Notes: generated by a model not told the origin, from the letters alone. A stretch of 64,000 bases of DNA from Pristiophorus japonicus (GCF_044704955.1 NC_091993.1:35216001-35280000); one strand, 5' to 3'; positions 12,276 through 23,721 are shown, numbered from the stretch's first letter. Program-made: numbers and translations.

Positions 12276-12580
12276 GGGGCGGGGGAGAGGGAGAGGGGCA
12301 GGGGGGGGTGAACGGGGGAGGGGGGGGAGGAGAGGGGCGGGGATAGGGGGAAGAGGGGGAGAGGGGCAGGGATAGGGGGGAGAGAGACGGGGGAGGGCGA
12401 GAGTGACCAAGGCAGGAATGGAGGAAGAGAGAGATGGAGGGAGGGGGAAGAGGGGGAGAGGGGCAGGGATAGGGGGGAGAGAGATGGGGGAGGGCGAGAG
12501 TGACCAAGGCAGGAATGGAGGAAGAGAGGGATGGAGGGAGGGGGAAGAGATGGAGATATATATATATATATATAGACATA
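12276..12580. repeat. Purine-rich low-complexity tract with an internal duplication and (TA)n
   Basis: gagagtgaccaaggcaggaatggaggaagagag occurs twice; (TA)n at about 12557-12573. Confidence 0.8.
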
Positions 12581-13214
12581 GAGGCAGGCACGGTAATACA
12601 GACAATGAGGTTCTGTTCGGTTTGACTGTAGGAATCCCAGACACATTATTAACTAAAATGCTTGATATCAAAAAGGACGATGGTTAGACTGGGCGAGCCT
12701 CCGTCCACAAATAAAAGTCATTTCAAATGTAAAATACAAAATTGTGAAAGTAAAATCTAATTTTGCATTTAATTACAAACTCTGACCACACTTAAATTAT
12801 ACACGATGTTCATTTTAAAGTAATATAATAGTTTCTATATTTTATACACGGGAAGGATATCAGTGAGTGCATGGCAGTTGCTGCTGAGACTGCGGCTATA
12901 ATTTGTGCCGGAGATTCACCCTGAAGCCAGAAGCAGAAGTGGGGTGAGCGAGGGAGTGCAAGAGACGGAGAGATGGATTGAGGGGGAGGGGGGGGGGGAA
13001 GAAGGATGGATGGAGGGGGATTGGATGGAGGGGAGAGGAGGATGGAAGGGAGAGAGAGGGTGGGAGGATGGATAGAGGAGGAATGAATGGAGGGGAGAGA
13101 GGGAGGGGGATGGATGGAGGGGAGACAGAGAGAGATAGAGAGGAGGAGGAGGGGGAGGGGGAGGGGGAGGGGAGGGGAGGGAGGCAGAAATATTGACGAT
13201 TTGTGATGGTCATA

Positions 13215-13277
13215 AAACTAGCAGAAGTGTGCCTGCACCATGCCATGGCTGGGTTTGGAAGAAGTGACTCAGTAGAT
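13215..13277 (-). ncRNA. MIR147: miR-147-like hairpin remnant in the C15orf48 3' UTR (degenerate)
   Basis: Minus strand ATCTACTGAGTCACTTCTTCCAAAC...TGGTGCAGGCACACTTCTGCTAG keeps the ATCTA, CAAAC and CTTCTGCTA blocks of recalled pre-miR-147b, at the expected place just after the C15orf48 stop. Seed and arm pairing are altered. Confidence 0.55.
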
Positions 13278-13310
13278 GGTTGGTGCTGTCGGGACCAATA
13301 ATTCTCTCCC

Positions 13311-13379
13311 TCATTTGTTGTAACCTTTCAGAATCTGTAACTCCTCCACAGGCTGCCACTTCTGGTTGATGGTCATAAG
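13311..13379 (-). CDS. C15orf48: C15orf48/NMES1 (COXFA4L3) last coding exon LMTINQKWQPVEELQILKGYNK*
   Basis: Acceptor cctcttgcag; matches recalled human LITINQQWKPIEELQ; TGA at 13313-13311. Confidence 0.93.
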   Translation of the reverse strand, partial: LMTINQKWQPVEELQILKGYNK

Positions 13380-13469
13380 CTGCAAGAGGAGGCACAAGGT
13401 GAGTTTTTACTGCCTCCAGGTCTCCGCCATTCATCCAAACATTTTAACAGAGAATTTTTGCCATGCATT

Positions 13470-14820
13470 CCTGGGATGCGGGTGTCGCTGGCAAGGCCAG
13501 CGTTTATTGCCCATCCCTAATTGCCCTGGTGGTGAGCCGCCTTCTTGAACCGCTGCAGTCCGTGTGGTGAAGGTGCTCCCACAGTGCTGTTAGGGAGGGA
13601 GTTCCAGGATATTGACCCAGCGACGATGAAGGAATGGCCGATATATTTCCAAGTGAGGATGGTGTGTAACTTGGAGGGGAACGTGGAGGTGGTGATGTTC
13701 CCATGCGCCTGCTGCCCTTGTCTTTCTAGGTGGTAGAGGTCGCAGGTTTGGGAGATGCTGCCGAAGAAGCCTTGGCGAGTTGCTGCAGTGCACCTTGTAG
13801 ATGGCACACACTGCAGCCACGGTGCGCCGGTGGTGGAGGGAGTGAGTGTTGAAGGTGGTGGATGGGGTGCCAATCAAGCGGCTACTTTGTCCTGGATGGT
13901 GACGAGCTTCTTGAGTGTTGTTGGAGCTGCACTCATCCAGGCAAGTGGAGAGTATTCCATCACACTCCTGACTTGTGCCTTGTAGATGGTGGAAATGCTT
14001 TGGGGAGTCAGGAAGTGAGACAGAATACCCAGCCTCTGACCCACTCTTGTAGCCACAGTATTTATGTGGCTGGTCCAGTTAAGTTTCTGGTCAATGGTGA
14101 CCCCCAGGATGTTGGTGGTGGGGGATTCGGCGATGGTGATGCCGTTGAATGTCAAGGGCCAGTGATTAGACTCTCGCTTGTTGGAGATAGTCATTGCCTG
14201 GCACTTGTCTGGCACGAATGTTACTTGGCACTTATCAGGTCAAGCCTGAATGTCGTCCAGGTCTTGCTGCATGCAGGCACGGACTGCTCCATTATCTGAG
14301 GAGTAGCAAATGGAACTGAACACTGTGCAGTCATCAGCGAACATCCCCATTTCTGACCTTATGATGGAAGGAAGGTCATTGATGAAACAGCTGAAGATGA
14401 TTGGGCCGAGGGACACTACCCTGAGGAGGGTTGGGTCGAGAGACACTGCCCTGAGGAGGATTGGGCCGAGGGTTGGGCCGAGGGACAATGCCCTGAGGAG
14501 GGTTGGGTCGATGGACACTGCCCCGAGGAGGGTTGGGCCGAGGGACAATGCACTGAGGAGGGTTGGGCCGAGGGACACTGCCCCGAGGAGGGTTGGGCCA
14601 AGGGACACTGCCCTGAGGAGGGTTGGGCCGAGGGTTAGGCTGAGGACACTACCCTGAGGGTGGTTGGGCCGAGGGACACTACCCTGAGGAGGGTTGGGCC
14701 GAGGACACTACCCTGAGCGGTTGGGCCGAGGGACACTACCCTGAGCGGTTGGGCCGAGGGACACTGCCCTGAGGAGGGTTGGGCCGAGGGACACTACCCT
14801 GAGGAACTCCTGCAGTGATT
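13470..14820 (-). mobile_element. Non-LTR LINE RT 3' half (distinct from the main CR1 family) with an internal 30-bp tandem expansion
   Basis: ITAGVPQGSV..GP, FINDLP, MFADD, LGVTIDQKLNW, YKAQVRSVMEY motifs; 3' tail ...gggcaattagggatgggcaataaa. Clade not assigned. Confidence 0.85.
14401..14805. repeat. 30-bp minisatellite (~13 units) ttgggccgagggacactRccctgaggaggg
   Basis: Direct tandem periodicity; 10-aa repeat SLGPTLLRAV in the ORF track. Confidence 0.9.
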
Positions 14821-15292
14821 GACCAACCAAAACAAACGATACAGGCTCCAAGAATAGTGACTCCCGTCCAGCTAGGTTAGCTTTGGATGATTCTAACTCA
14901 CTCAAACAGCCTTTACTCCCATTTCAAATAGTTTAAAGCTAATAAATAAAAAGGGATTGAAAAAAAATGGAAAAAGCCTGGGTGAGTTTTATCCCAGGTT
15001 TCCTGGAAGTTGGTTTCCAGGAAATGAATCCCTCAGTCCCGGGCGGTCTGGAACCCGAGGCTATATACTGATGCACGTTTGCTCACCCACTTTATATAAT
15101 CAGTGTTAATGTCTCACCCACTTTGTGACTTGAGGGACATGTTATTTGGAGAGATTCATTATTGGTTCTTGTTGTAAAGTAAACCTGCCCCGAGAGCAGA
15201 AAATTCCTCGGCATTTCAATCAGCGATGGGATTTTATACCCGGGCAAGGGCTCAGAATCGATGGGATTGGAAACTAGCCCTGCCCATTAATG

Positions 15293-18200
15293 ATAGAAAC
15301 ATAGAAAATAGGTGCAGGAGTAGGCCATTCGGCCCTTCAAGCCTGCACCACCATTCAATATGATCATGGCTGATCATGCAACTTCAGTACCCCATTCCTG
15401 CTTTCTCTCCATACCCCCTGATCCTTTTAGCCGTAAGGGCCACATCTTACTCCCTTCTGAATATATCCAACGAACTGGCCTCAACAACTTTCTGTGGTAG
15501 AGAATTCCACAGGTTCACAATTCTCTGGGTGAAGAAGTTTCTCCTCATCTCGGTCCTAAATGGCTTACCCCTTATCCTTAGACTGTGACCCCTGGTTCTG
15601 GACTTCCCCAACATTGGGAACATTCTTCCTGCATCTAACATATCCAGTCCCGTCAGAATTTTATATGTTTCTATGAGATCCCCTCTCAGTCTTTTAAGTT
15701 CCAGTGAGTATAAGCCTAGCCGATCCAGTCTTTCTTCATATGTCAGTCCTACCATCCTGGGAATTAGTCTGGTGAACTTTTGCTGCACTCCCTCAATAGC
15801 AAGCACGTCCTTCCTCAGATTAGGAGACCAAAACTGCACACAATACTCAAGGTGTGGCCTCACCAAGGCCCTGTACAACTGCAGTAAGACCTCCCTGCTC
15901 CTAATCTCAAATCCTCTCTCTATGAAGGCCAACATGCCATTTGCCTTCTTTAATGCCTGCTGTACCTGCATGCCAACCTTCAATGACTGATGTACCATGA
16001 CACCCAGGTCTCGTTGCACCTCCCCTTTTACTAGTCTGTCACCATTCAGATAATATTCTGCCTTCCTGTTTTTGTCACCAAAGTGGATAACCTCACATTT
16101 ATCCACATTATACTGCATCTGCCATGCATTTTCCCATTCACCTAACCTGTCCAAGTCACCCTGCAGCCTCTTAGCATCCTCCTCGCAGCTCACACTGCCA
16201 CCCAGCTTAGTGTCATCTGCAAACTTGGAGATATTACATTCAATTCCTTTGTCTAAATCATTAATGTATATTGTAAATAGCTGGGGTCTCAGCACTGAGC
16301 CCTGCGGCACCCCACTAGTCACTGCCTGCCATTCTGAAAAGGACCCGTTTATTCCCACTCTTTGCTCCCTGTCTGCCAACCAGTTGTCTAACCACGTGTC
16401 TAACCACGTTAATACATTACCCCCAATACCATGTGCCTTAATTTTGCACACTAATGTCTTGTGTGGACCTTGTCAAAAGCCCTTTGAAAGTCCAAATACA
16501 CCACATCCACTAGTTCTCCCTTATCCACTCTACTATTTACATCCTCAAAAAATTCTATAAGTTTTGTCAAGCATGATTTCCCTTTCATAAATCCATGCTG
16601 ACTTGAACTGATCCTGTCACTGCTTTCCAAATGCGCTGCTATTTCACCTTTAATAATTGATTCCAACATTTTCCCCACCACCGATATCAGGCTAACCGGT
16701 CTATAATTCCCTGTTTTCTCTCTCCCTCCTTTTTTAAAAAAGTGGGTTACATTAGCTACCCTCCAGTCCATAGGAACTGAACCAGAGTCCATGGAATTTT
16801 GGAAAATGACCACCAATGCATCTACTATTTCTAGGGTCACTTCCTTAAGTACTCTGGGATGCAGACTATCAGGCCCCCTGGGGATTTATCAGCCTTCAGT
16901 CCCATCAATTTCCCTAACACCATTTCCTGACTAATAAGGATTTCCCTCAGTTCCCCCTTCTCGCTAGACCCTCGGTCTCTTAGTATTTTCGGGAGGTTAT
17001 TTGTGTCTTCCTTAGTGAAGACAGAACCAAAGTATTTGTTCAATTGGTTTGCCATTGCCTTGTTCCCCATTATGAATTCCCCTGATTCTGACTGCAAGGG
17101 ACCTACATTAGTCTTCACTAATCTTTTTCTCTTCACATATCTTTAGAAGCTTTTGCAGTCAGTTTTTATGTTCCCTGCAAGCTTCTTCTTGTACTCTATT
17201 TTCCCCCTTCTAATTAAACCCTTAGTCCTCCTCTGCTGAATTCTAAATTTCTCCCAGTCCTCAGGTTTGCTGCTTTTTCTGGCCAATTTATATGCCTCTT
17301 CCTTGGATTAAACACTATCCCTAATTTCCCTTGTTAGCCACAGTTGAGCCATCTTTCCTGTTTTATTTTTACACCAGACACGATGTACAATTGTTGTAGT
17401 TCATCCATGTGATCTTTAAATGTCTGCCATTGCCTATCCACTGCCAACGCTGTAAGTATCATTCGGCAGTCTCACGTCTCATACCATCGAAGTTTCCTTT
17501 ATTTACGTTCAGGACCCTGGTCTCTGAATTAACTGTGTCGCTCTCCATCTTAACGAAGAATTCTACCATATTATGGTCACTCTTCCCCAAGGGGCCCCGC
17601 ACGACCATATTGCTAATTAATCCTCTCTCGTTACACAAGACCCAGTCTAAGATGGCCTGCTCTCTAGTTGGTTCCTCAACATATTGGTCTAGAAAACCAT
17701 CCCTTATACACTCCAGGAAATCCTCCTCCACAGTATTGCTACTGGTTTGGGTAGCTCAATCAATATGTAGGTTAAAGTCACTCATGATAATTGCTGTACC
17801 CTTATTGCACACGTCCCTAATTTCCTGTTTGATGCCATCCCCAACCTCACTACGACTGTTTGGTGGTCTGTACACAACTCCCACTAACGTTTTCTGCCCT
17901 TTGCTATTCCGTAGCTCCACCCATACAGATTCCACATCTTCCAAGCTAATGTCCTTCCTTACTATTGTGTTAATTTCCTCTTTAACCAGCAACGCCACCC
18001 CACCTCCTTTTCCTTTCTGCCTGTCCTTCCTGAATATTGAATACCCCTGGATGTTGAGTTCCCAGCCTTGGTTACCTTGGAGATGTCTCCGTAATCCCAA
18101 TTACATCATACCCGTTAACAGCTATCTGTGCAGTTAATTCATCCACCTTATTACGAATGCTCCTCGCATTGAGACTCAGAGCCTTCTGGCTTGTTTTTTT

Positions 18201-18868
18201 AACACTCTTTGTCCTTTTAGAATTATGTTGTATTGTGGGCCTTTTTGATTTTTGCCCCTGATTTCTCTGTCCTCCACTCTTGCTTTTCTCCTTCCTACCT
18301 TTTGCTTTTGCCCCATTTTTACTTCCCTCTGCCTTCCTGCATAGGTTCCCATCCCCCTGCCATATTAGTTTAACTCCTCCCCAACAGCACTAGCAAACAC
18401 TCCCCCTAGGACATAGGTTCCGGTCATGCCCAGGTGCAGACCGTCTGGTTTGTACTGGTCCCACCTTCCCCAGAACTGATTCCAATGTCCCAGGAATTTG
18501 AATCCCTCCTCCTTGCACCATTCCTCAAGTCACGTATTCATCTGAACTATCCTGCAATTCCTACTCTGACTAGCACGTGGCACTGGTGGCAATCCTGAGA
18601 TTACTACCTTTGAGGTCCTACTTTTTAATTTAACTCCTAACTCCCTAAATTCAGCTTGTAGGACCTCATCCCATTTTTTACCTAGATCATTGGTACCTAT
18701 ATATACCACGACAGCTGGCTGTTCACCCTCCCGCTTCAGAATGCGCTGCAGCCGCTCCGAGACATCCTTGACCCTTGCGCCAGGGAGGCAACATACCATC
18801 CTGGAGTCTCGGTTGCGGCCGCAGAAACGCCTATCTATTCCCCTTACAATAAAATCCCCTATCACTAT
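15293..18868 (-). mobile_element. Long CR1 LINE: ORF1 esterase (SGNH/GDSL-like) domain + ORF2 APE-RT + 3' tail
   Basis: IGDFIVRG...CCLPGARVKDV...YIGTND (18530-18865); APE (17459-18100); RT (15447-16840); tail (ttctatgt)n at about 15293-15310. Lies in C15orf48 intron 4. Confidence 0.93.
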
Positions 18869-19037
18869 TATAACAACACAAGAACCAGCGTGGAAACTTC
18901 GGTCCCAACAGCACTAACAATAAAATGGCCATTTCCGTACCTCTCCCGATGCAGCTGGAGACTTTCTGAAGGACACAATCACACTGTATTTTTAATCACC
19001 TTTGAATTTCTTAATCCCCACAACAATAGTTTCTTCA

Positions 19038-19222
19038 CACACCCAGAGTCCGTATTCCGGGTCCCAGAGACACCCAGAGTCCGTACACCGGGTTCCAGAT
19101 ACACCCAGAGTCCTTACACCGGGTCCCAGAGACACCCAGAGTCCCTACACCGGGTCCCAGAGACACCCAGAGTCCCTACACCGGGTCCCAGAGACACCCA
19201 GAGTCCCTACACCGGGTCCCTA
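19038..19222. repeat. 31-bp minisatellite (~6 units) cacccagagtccctacaccgggtcccagaga
   Basis: Direct tandem repeats visible. Confidence 0.9.
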
Positions 19223-19701
19223 CACTAAGCCCGAAGAGAAATGTAAATATATTTCAATGTCTGCATTAATTGAATGTCGGCCGTTTTAATCAAGTCTTGG
19301 GACGTATAAAGTCTGTGTGTGACCCCCTGCTCGCACCGATTGAAATGTTTGTGCTCAGCTTTCCCAACACCTAAATGATTGTATAGTCGGAGGGGGGGCA
19401 GCGGTTCCGTGTGGGTGGGATTAGCAGCCTCTGGGTAGAGGTCTGTGGGACTCACTCCCGGAGGGTGGAACTGGGCAGGTTTGGTGTAGGACAAGAATCG
19501 GCAGCATGAGTCTCCAATCTGCACTCAGATTGACCGGCTGCCAGAGTTTACGTCACTGAGATTTGCAAATCTCTCTCTGGGCAGGGCTGCTCATGGTTAG
19601 CCCGCATCCTGTTTCATTCCTTGTGCAATGCTGGGTGTTACCGGGAATCACCGAGGCAGCCCCAGCATCAACAACTGAAAGTACAAAGAATAATCGGTTA
19701 C

Positions 19702-19762
19702 CTTCTGGGGTGTGTTGGGGTCCACGTTCTCCCATGGAGTCGGGTTACTGGTCTTATTAATT
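19702..19762 (-). CDS. C15orf48: C15orf48 coding exon 3 (I)INKTSNPTPWENVDPNTPQK
   Basis: Acceptor ctgttgtag, donor AAG|gtaacc; 61 nt; matches recalled NPEPWETVDPTVPQK. Confidence 0.93.
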
Positions 19763-20064
19763 CTACAACAGAGTGAAAATAACCTTAGAAATAGGTTAGA
19801 ACCATTTCATCATCGGTTTAAAAAGTGATTGGATCTCACAATGCTGCACACACACACACACAATAACCACACTGCACACATACAGAACAATCACAATCAC
19901 TGCTCAGGGCTCAAAAACTTTGCAGTTCAAAATTTGAAAGTTCTGTCTATTCAATTAAAAATATATATCTTGCATCTCTTTCCACTTCTTCTTCCCTTGT
20001 CAGCCTATAATCGTCAAATACAGACTCACAGCAAATAAAAAGCTGCTACAAGTGAACTCAGAAC

Positions 20065-20805
20065 GAACAAATCAGAGAAATTTACAGCACGGAAAGAGGC
20101 CATTCGGCCCATCGTGTCCGCACCGGCCGACCAAGAGCTATCCAGCCTAATCCCACTTTCCAGCTCTTGATCCGTAGCCCTGTAGGTTACGGCACCTCAA
20201 GTGCACAAGCAAGTACTTTTTAAATGTGGTGAGGGTTTCTGCCTCTACCACCTTTTCAGGCAGTGCGTTCCAGACCCCCACCACAGCGAAGAAATTTCCC
20301 CTCACATCCCCTCTAAACTTCCCCCCAATTACTTTAAATCTATGCCCCCTGGTTGTTGACCTCTCTGCTAAGGGAAATAGGTCCTTCCTATCCACTCTAT
20401 CTAGGCCCCTCATAATATTATACACCTCAATAAGGTCTCCCCTCAGCCTCCTCTGTTCCAAAGAAAACAAACCCAGCCTATCCAATCTGTCCTCATAGCT
20501 CAAATTCTCCAGTCTGGGCAACATCCTCGTAAATCTCCTCTGTACTCTCTCCAATACAATCACATCTTTCCTGTAATGTGGTGACCAGAACTGCACGCAG
20601 TACTCTAGCTGTGGCCTAACCAGTGTTTTATACAGTTCAAGCATAACCCCCCTGCTCTTGTATTCTATGCCTCGGCTAATAAAGGCAAGTATTCCGTATG
20701 CCTTCTTAACCACCTTATCCAACTGGCCTGCTACCTTCAGGGATCTGTGGACACGCACTCCAAGGTCCCTTTGTTTCTTTACACTTCTCAGTGTCCTACC
20801 ATTTA
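20065..20805 (-). mobile_element. CR1 3' fragment
   Basis: ORF 20147-20821 RDLGV...RPQLEYCVQFWSP...RRLRGDLIEVY; related to the 320-2950 subfamily. Confidence 0.9.
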
Positions 20806-20898
20806 TTGTTATGGTTAACAACGGGTAGTAGAGGAGATGGTCTATAACCCCCGACCCGTCGCACGCTTCCCCTTAACCCCTGAGGGTGCAATGCTTAC

Positions 20899-20987
20899 AT
20901 GACGTCGCTCTTGGTGGTGAGGAAATAGATGCAAACTGTAGTGGCTCCTGAAGCAGCAGCGGCCATGAGCGTGACCAAAGGAATGAG
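20899..20987 (-). CDS. C15orf48: C15orf48 coding exon 2 LIPLVTLMAAAASGATTVCIYFLTTKSDV (transmembrane helix)
   Basis: Acceptor tctcccctcag, donor AT|gtaagc; 89 nt; NDUFA4-family ELIPL...DV pattern. Confidence 0.93.
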
Positions 20988-21262
20988 CTGAGGGGAGACA
21001 GACATTTACTCAGCAACAAGCAGAAAATCAGGAGCCAGTTTGTGTCTAATCGCCCGGAGAAATTACTGCAACTAAAGTCTTCAAAGTGTGGATTGGGATG
21101 AGCTGAGCCAGGGAATCAAAGAGTCAGAGGGCAGATTCTCAATGTTACAATATAAGAGTGAAAGTGCAAGCAAGATTAGCTTTGGGAAAAAGTGCTGACG
21201 CACATCACCAATCACTGTCACCAACGGTACTGTGGTTAATTAAACAAAGTTAAATTAATTCA

Positions 21263-23040
21263 ATGTTACTGGGCTGGGTTAATGTTACTAGTTTGATTAC
21301 TGTTACTGGGTTGGGTTACTTAAGGAAGTGGCCAGAGTACTTAAGGAGGCGGCCTTGGAAATAGCTGATGCATTGACAGTCATTTTCCAACATTCCATAG
21401 ACTCTGCATCAATTTCTATGGAGTGGAGGGTAGCCAATGTAACCCCACTTTTTAAAAAAGGAGGGAGAGAGAAAACAGGGAATTATAGACCGGTCAGCCT
21501 GACATCGGTAATGGGTAAAATGATGGAATCAATTATTAAGGATGTCATAGCAGCGCATTTGGAAAGAGTTGACACGATAGGTCCAAGTCAGCATGGATTT
21601 GTGAAAGGGAAATCATGCTTGACAAATCTTCTGGAATTTTTTGAGGATGTTTCCAGTAGGGTGCACAAGGGAGAACCAGTGGAGGTGGTGTATTTGGACT
21701 TTCAGAAGGCTTTCGATAAGGTCCCACACAAGAGATTAATGTGCAAAGTTAAAGCACAAGGGATTGGGGGTAGTGTGCTGACATGGATTGAGAACTGGTT
21801 GGCAGACAGGAAGCAAAGAGTAGGAGTACATGGGTACTTTTCAGAATGGCAGGCAGTGACTAGTGGGGTACCGCAAGGTTCTGTGCTGGGGCCCCAGCTG
21901 TTTACATTGTACCTTAATGATTTAGATGAAGGGATTAAATGTAGTAGCTCCAAATTTGCGGATGACACTAAGTTGGGTGGCAGTGTGAGCTGCGAGGAGG
22001 ATGCTATGAGGCTGCAGAGTGATTTGGATAGGTTAGGTGAGTGGGCAAATGCATGGCAGATGAAGTATAATGTGGATAAATGTGAGGTTATCCACTTTGG
22101 TGGTAAAAACAGAGAGACTGACTATTATCTGAATGGTGACAGATTAGGAAATAGGGAGGTGCAACGAGACCTGGGTGTCATGGTACATCAGTCATTGAAG
22201 GTTGGCATGCAGGTACAGCAGGCAGTTAAGAAAGCAAATGGCATGTTGGCCTTCATACCGAGGGAATTTGAGTACAGGGGCAGGGAGGTGTTACTACAGT
22301 TGTACAGGGCCTTGGTGAGGCCACACCTAAAGTACTGTGTACAGTTTTGGTCTCCTAACTTGAGGAAGGACATTCTTGCTATTGAGGGAGTGCAGCGAAG
22401 GTTCACCAGACTGATTCCCGGGATGGCGGGACTGACATATCAAGAAAGACTGGATCAACTGGGCTTGTATTCACTGGAGTTCAGAAGAATGAGGGGATCT
22501 CATAGAAACGTTTAAAATTCTGATGGGTTTAGACAGGTTAGATGCAGGAAGAATGTTCCCAATGTTGGGGAAGTCCAGAACCAGGGGTCACAGTCTAAGG
22601 ATAAGGGGTAAGCCATTTAGGACCGAGATGAGGAGAAACTTCTTCACCCAGAGAGTGGTGAACCTGTGGAATTCTCTGCCACACAAAGTTGTTGAGGGCA
22701 ATTCACTAAATTTATTCAAAAAGGAGTTAGATGTAGTCCTTACTACTAGGGGGATCAAGGGGTATGGCGAGAAAGCATGAATGGGGTACTGAAGTTGCAT
22801 GTTCAGCCATGAACTCATTGAATGGTGGTGCAGGCTCGAAGGGCCGAATGGCCTACTCCTGCACCTATTTTCTATGTTTCTATGTTACTGGGCTGGGTTA
22901 CTGTTACTGGGCTGGGTTAATGTTACTAGTTTGATTACTGTTACTGGGTTGGGTTAATGTTACTAGTTTGATTACTGTTACTGGGTTGAGTTAATGTTAC
23001 TAGTTTGATTACTGTTACTGGGTTGAGTTAATGTTACTGG
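21263..23040. repeat. ~37-bp minisatellite (gttactgggttgggttaatgttactagtttgattact) split by a CR1 insertion
   Basis: Same unit at 21263-21320 and at 22883-23040. Confidence 0.85.
21321..22885 (+). mobile_element. Young 5'-truncated CR1 with a 395-aa uninterrupted RT frame
   Basis: ORF 21328-22515 contains [36 protein letters not shown]; one frameshift near 22500; 3' tail ttttctatgtttctatg. Confidence 0.95.
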
Positions 23041-23299
23041 GGAATTTGCCAGTTTAGAAACTGTTGTATCGGAGGACAAACAACAACTTTTAAAAATAAA
23101 CTCTCAATTCGAATTTTATTTAAAATTAACGATTCTAAGTGTTCTCAAATTCCGTTTCTTTTTATTCCTCATTTTTAATATTAGATATCTAAATATTTGA
23201 GGTCTAAAATGAAATGTAATTACAGAGCTCAAGGAGGAATGGCCATTTCAGCAGAAGCGGCGGAATTGAATCCAAACTCTAAATAACTTTCATTCTCAC

Positions 23300-23338
23300 C
23301 TCCTTCCTTTTCCAGAGCATTGAGAAAAAGCGCACCAT
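23300..23338 (-). CDS. C15orf48: C15orf48 first coding exon MVRFFSMLWKRKE
   Basis: ATG at 23338; donor GAG|gtgaga; 39 nt; matches recalled MSFFQLLMKRKE. Joined product is 85 aa. Confidence 0.92.
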
Positions 23339-23510
23339 CTTTTCTCGGGAAATGTCCTGGTTATTGGAAGGAAAATGGGCAATGTAGTTACACTTTAATT
23401 AATTTATTTATTACTAATTGTCTTCAGAGTAAAGTCAGTAAATTATCTGCTTTAGATTAAATTGATAATTTATAAACAGCAGGAATATTCGTAATTGTCT
23501 CAGCTCCTAC

Positions 23511-23720
23511 CTTCCAGGCGAACGAGTTCAGCTGTGAAGTATTCTGCTTCCTGATTCTGATATATTTTGTATCAGAGCAGGGAGGCGGCGGCGGCTCCGG
23601 TCACGTAGGCAGTAACCGGCGGAAAAATCGACTAATATCGAGACCGATACTCGGCGAGGATGCGCCGGTCCCACTGCGCGCCCTGCTGGCAGCAGGTGGA
23701 ATCGCACATAGAACCCGGAA
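23511..23720 (-). promoter_or_regulatory. Probable C15orf48 non-coding first exon and CpG-rich promoter
   Basis: Donor AAG|gtagga at 23511/23510; CpG-rich 23580-23720; TACGTG (minus, 23607-23602); CCGGAA near 23715. Confidence 0.5.
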
Positions 23721-23721
23721 A

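Noticed and set aside
11501-12591. Long ORFs of 200-320 aa on both strands
   Set aside because: Products of the 33-bp minisatellite and purine-rich tract; no protein-like content.
1-13200. Expected SLC30A4 3' exons downstream of C15orf48
   Set aside because: No ZnT/cation-efflux-like peptide seen on either strand by eye.
19225-19560. 99-aa minus ORF in unique intronic sequence
   Set aside because: No recognisable homology and no convincing splice boundaries.
21328-22515. 395-aa RT ORF as an active or domesticated gene
   Set aside because: 5'-truncated CR1 lacking endonuclease and promoter, with a frameshift near 22500.
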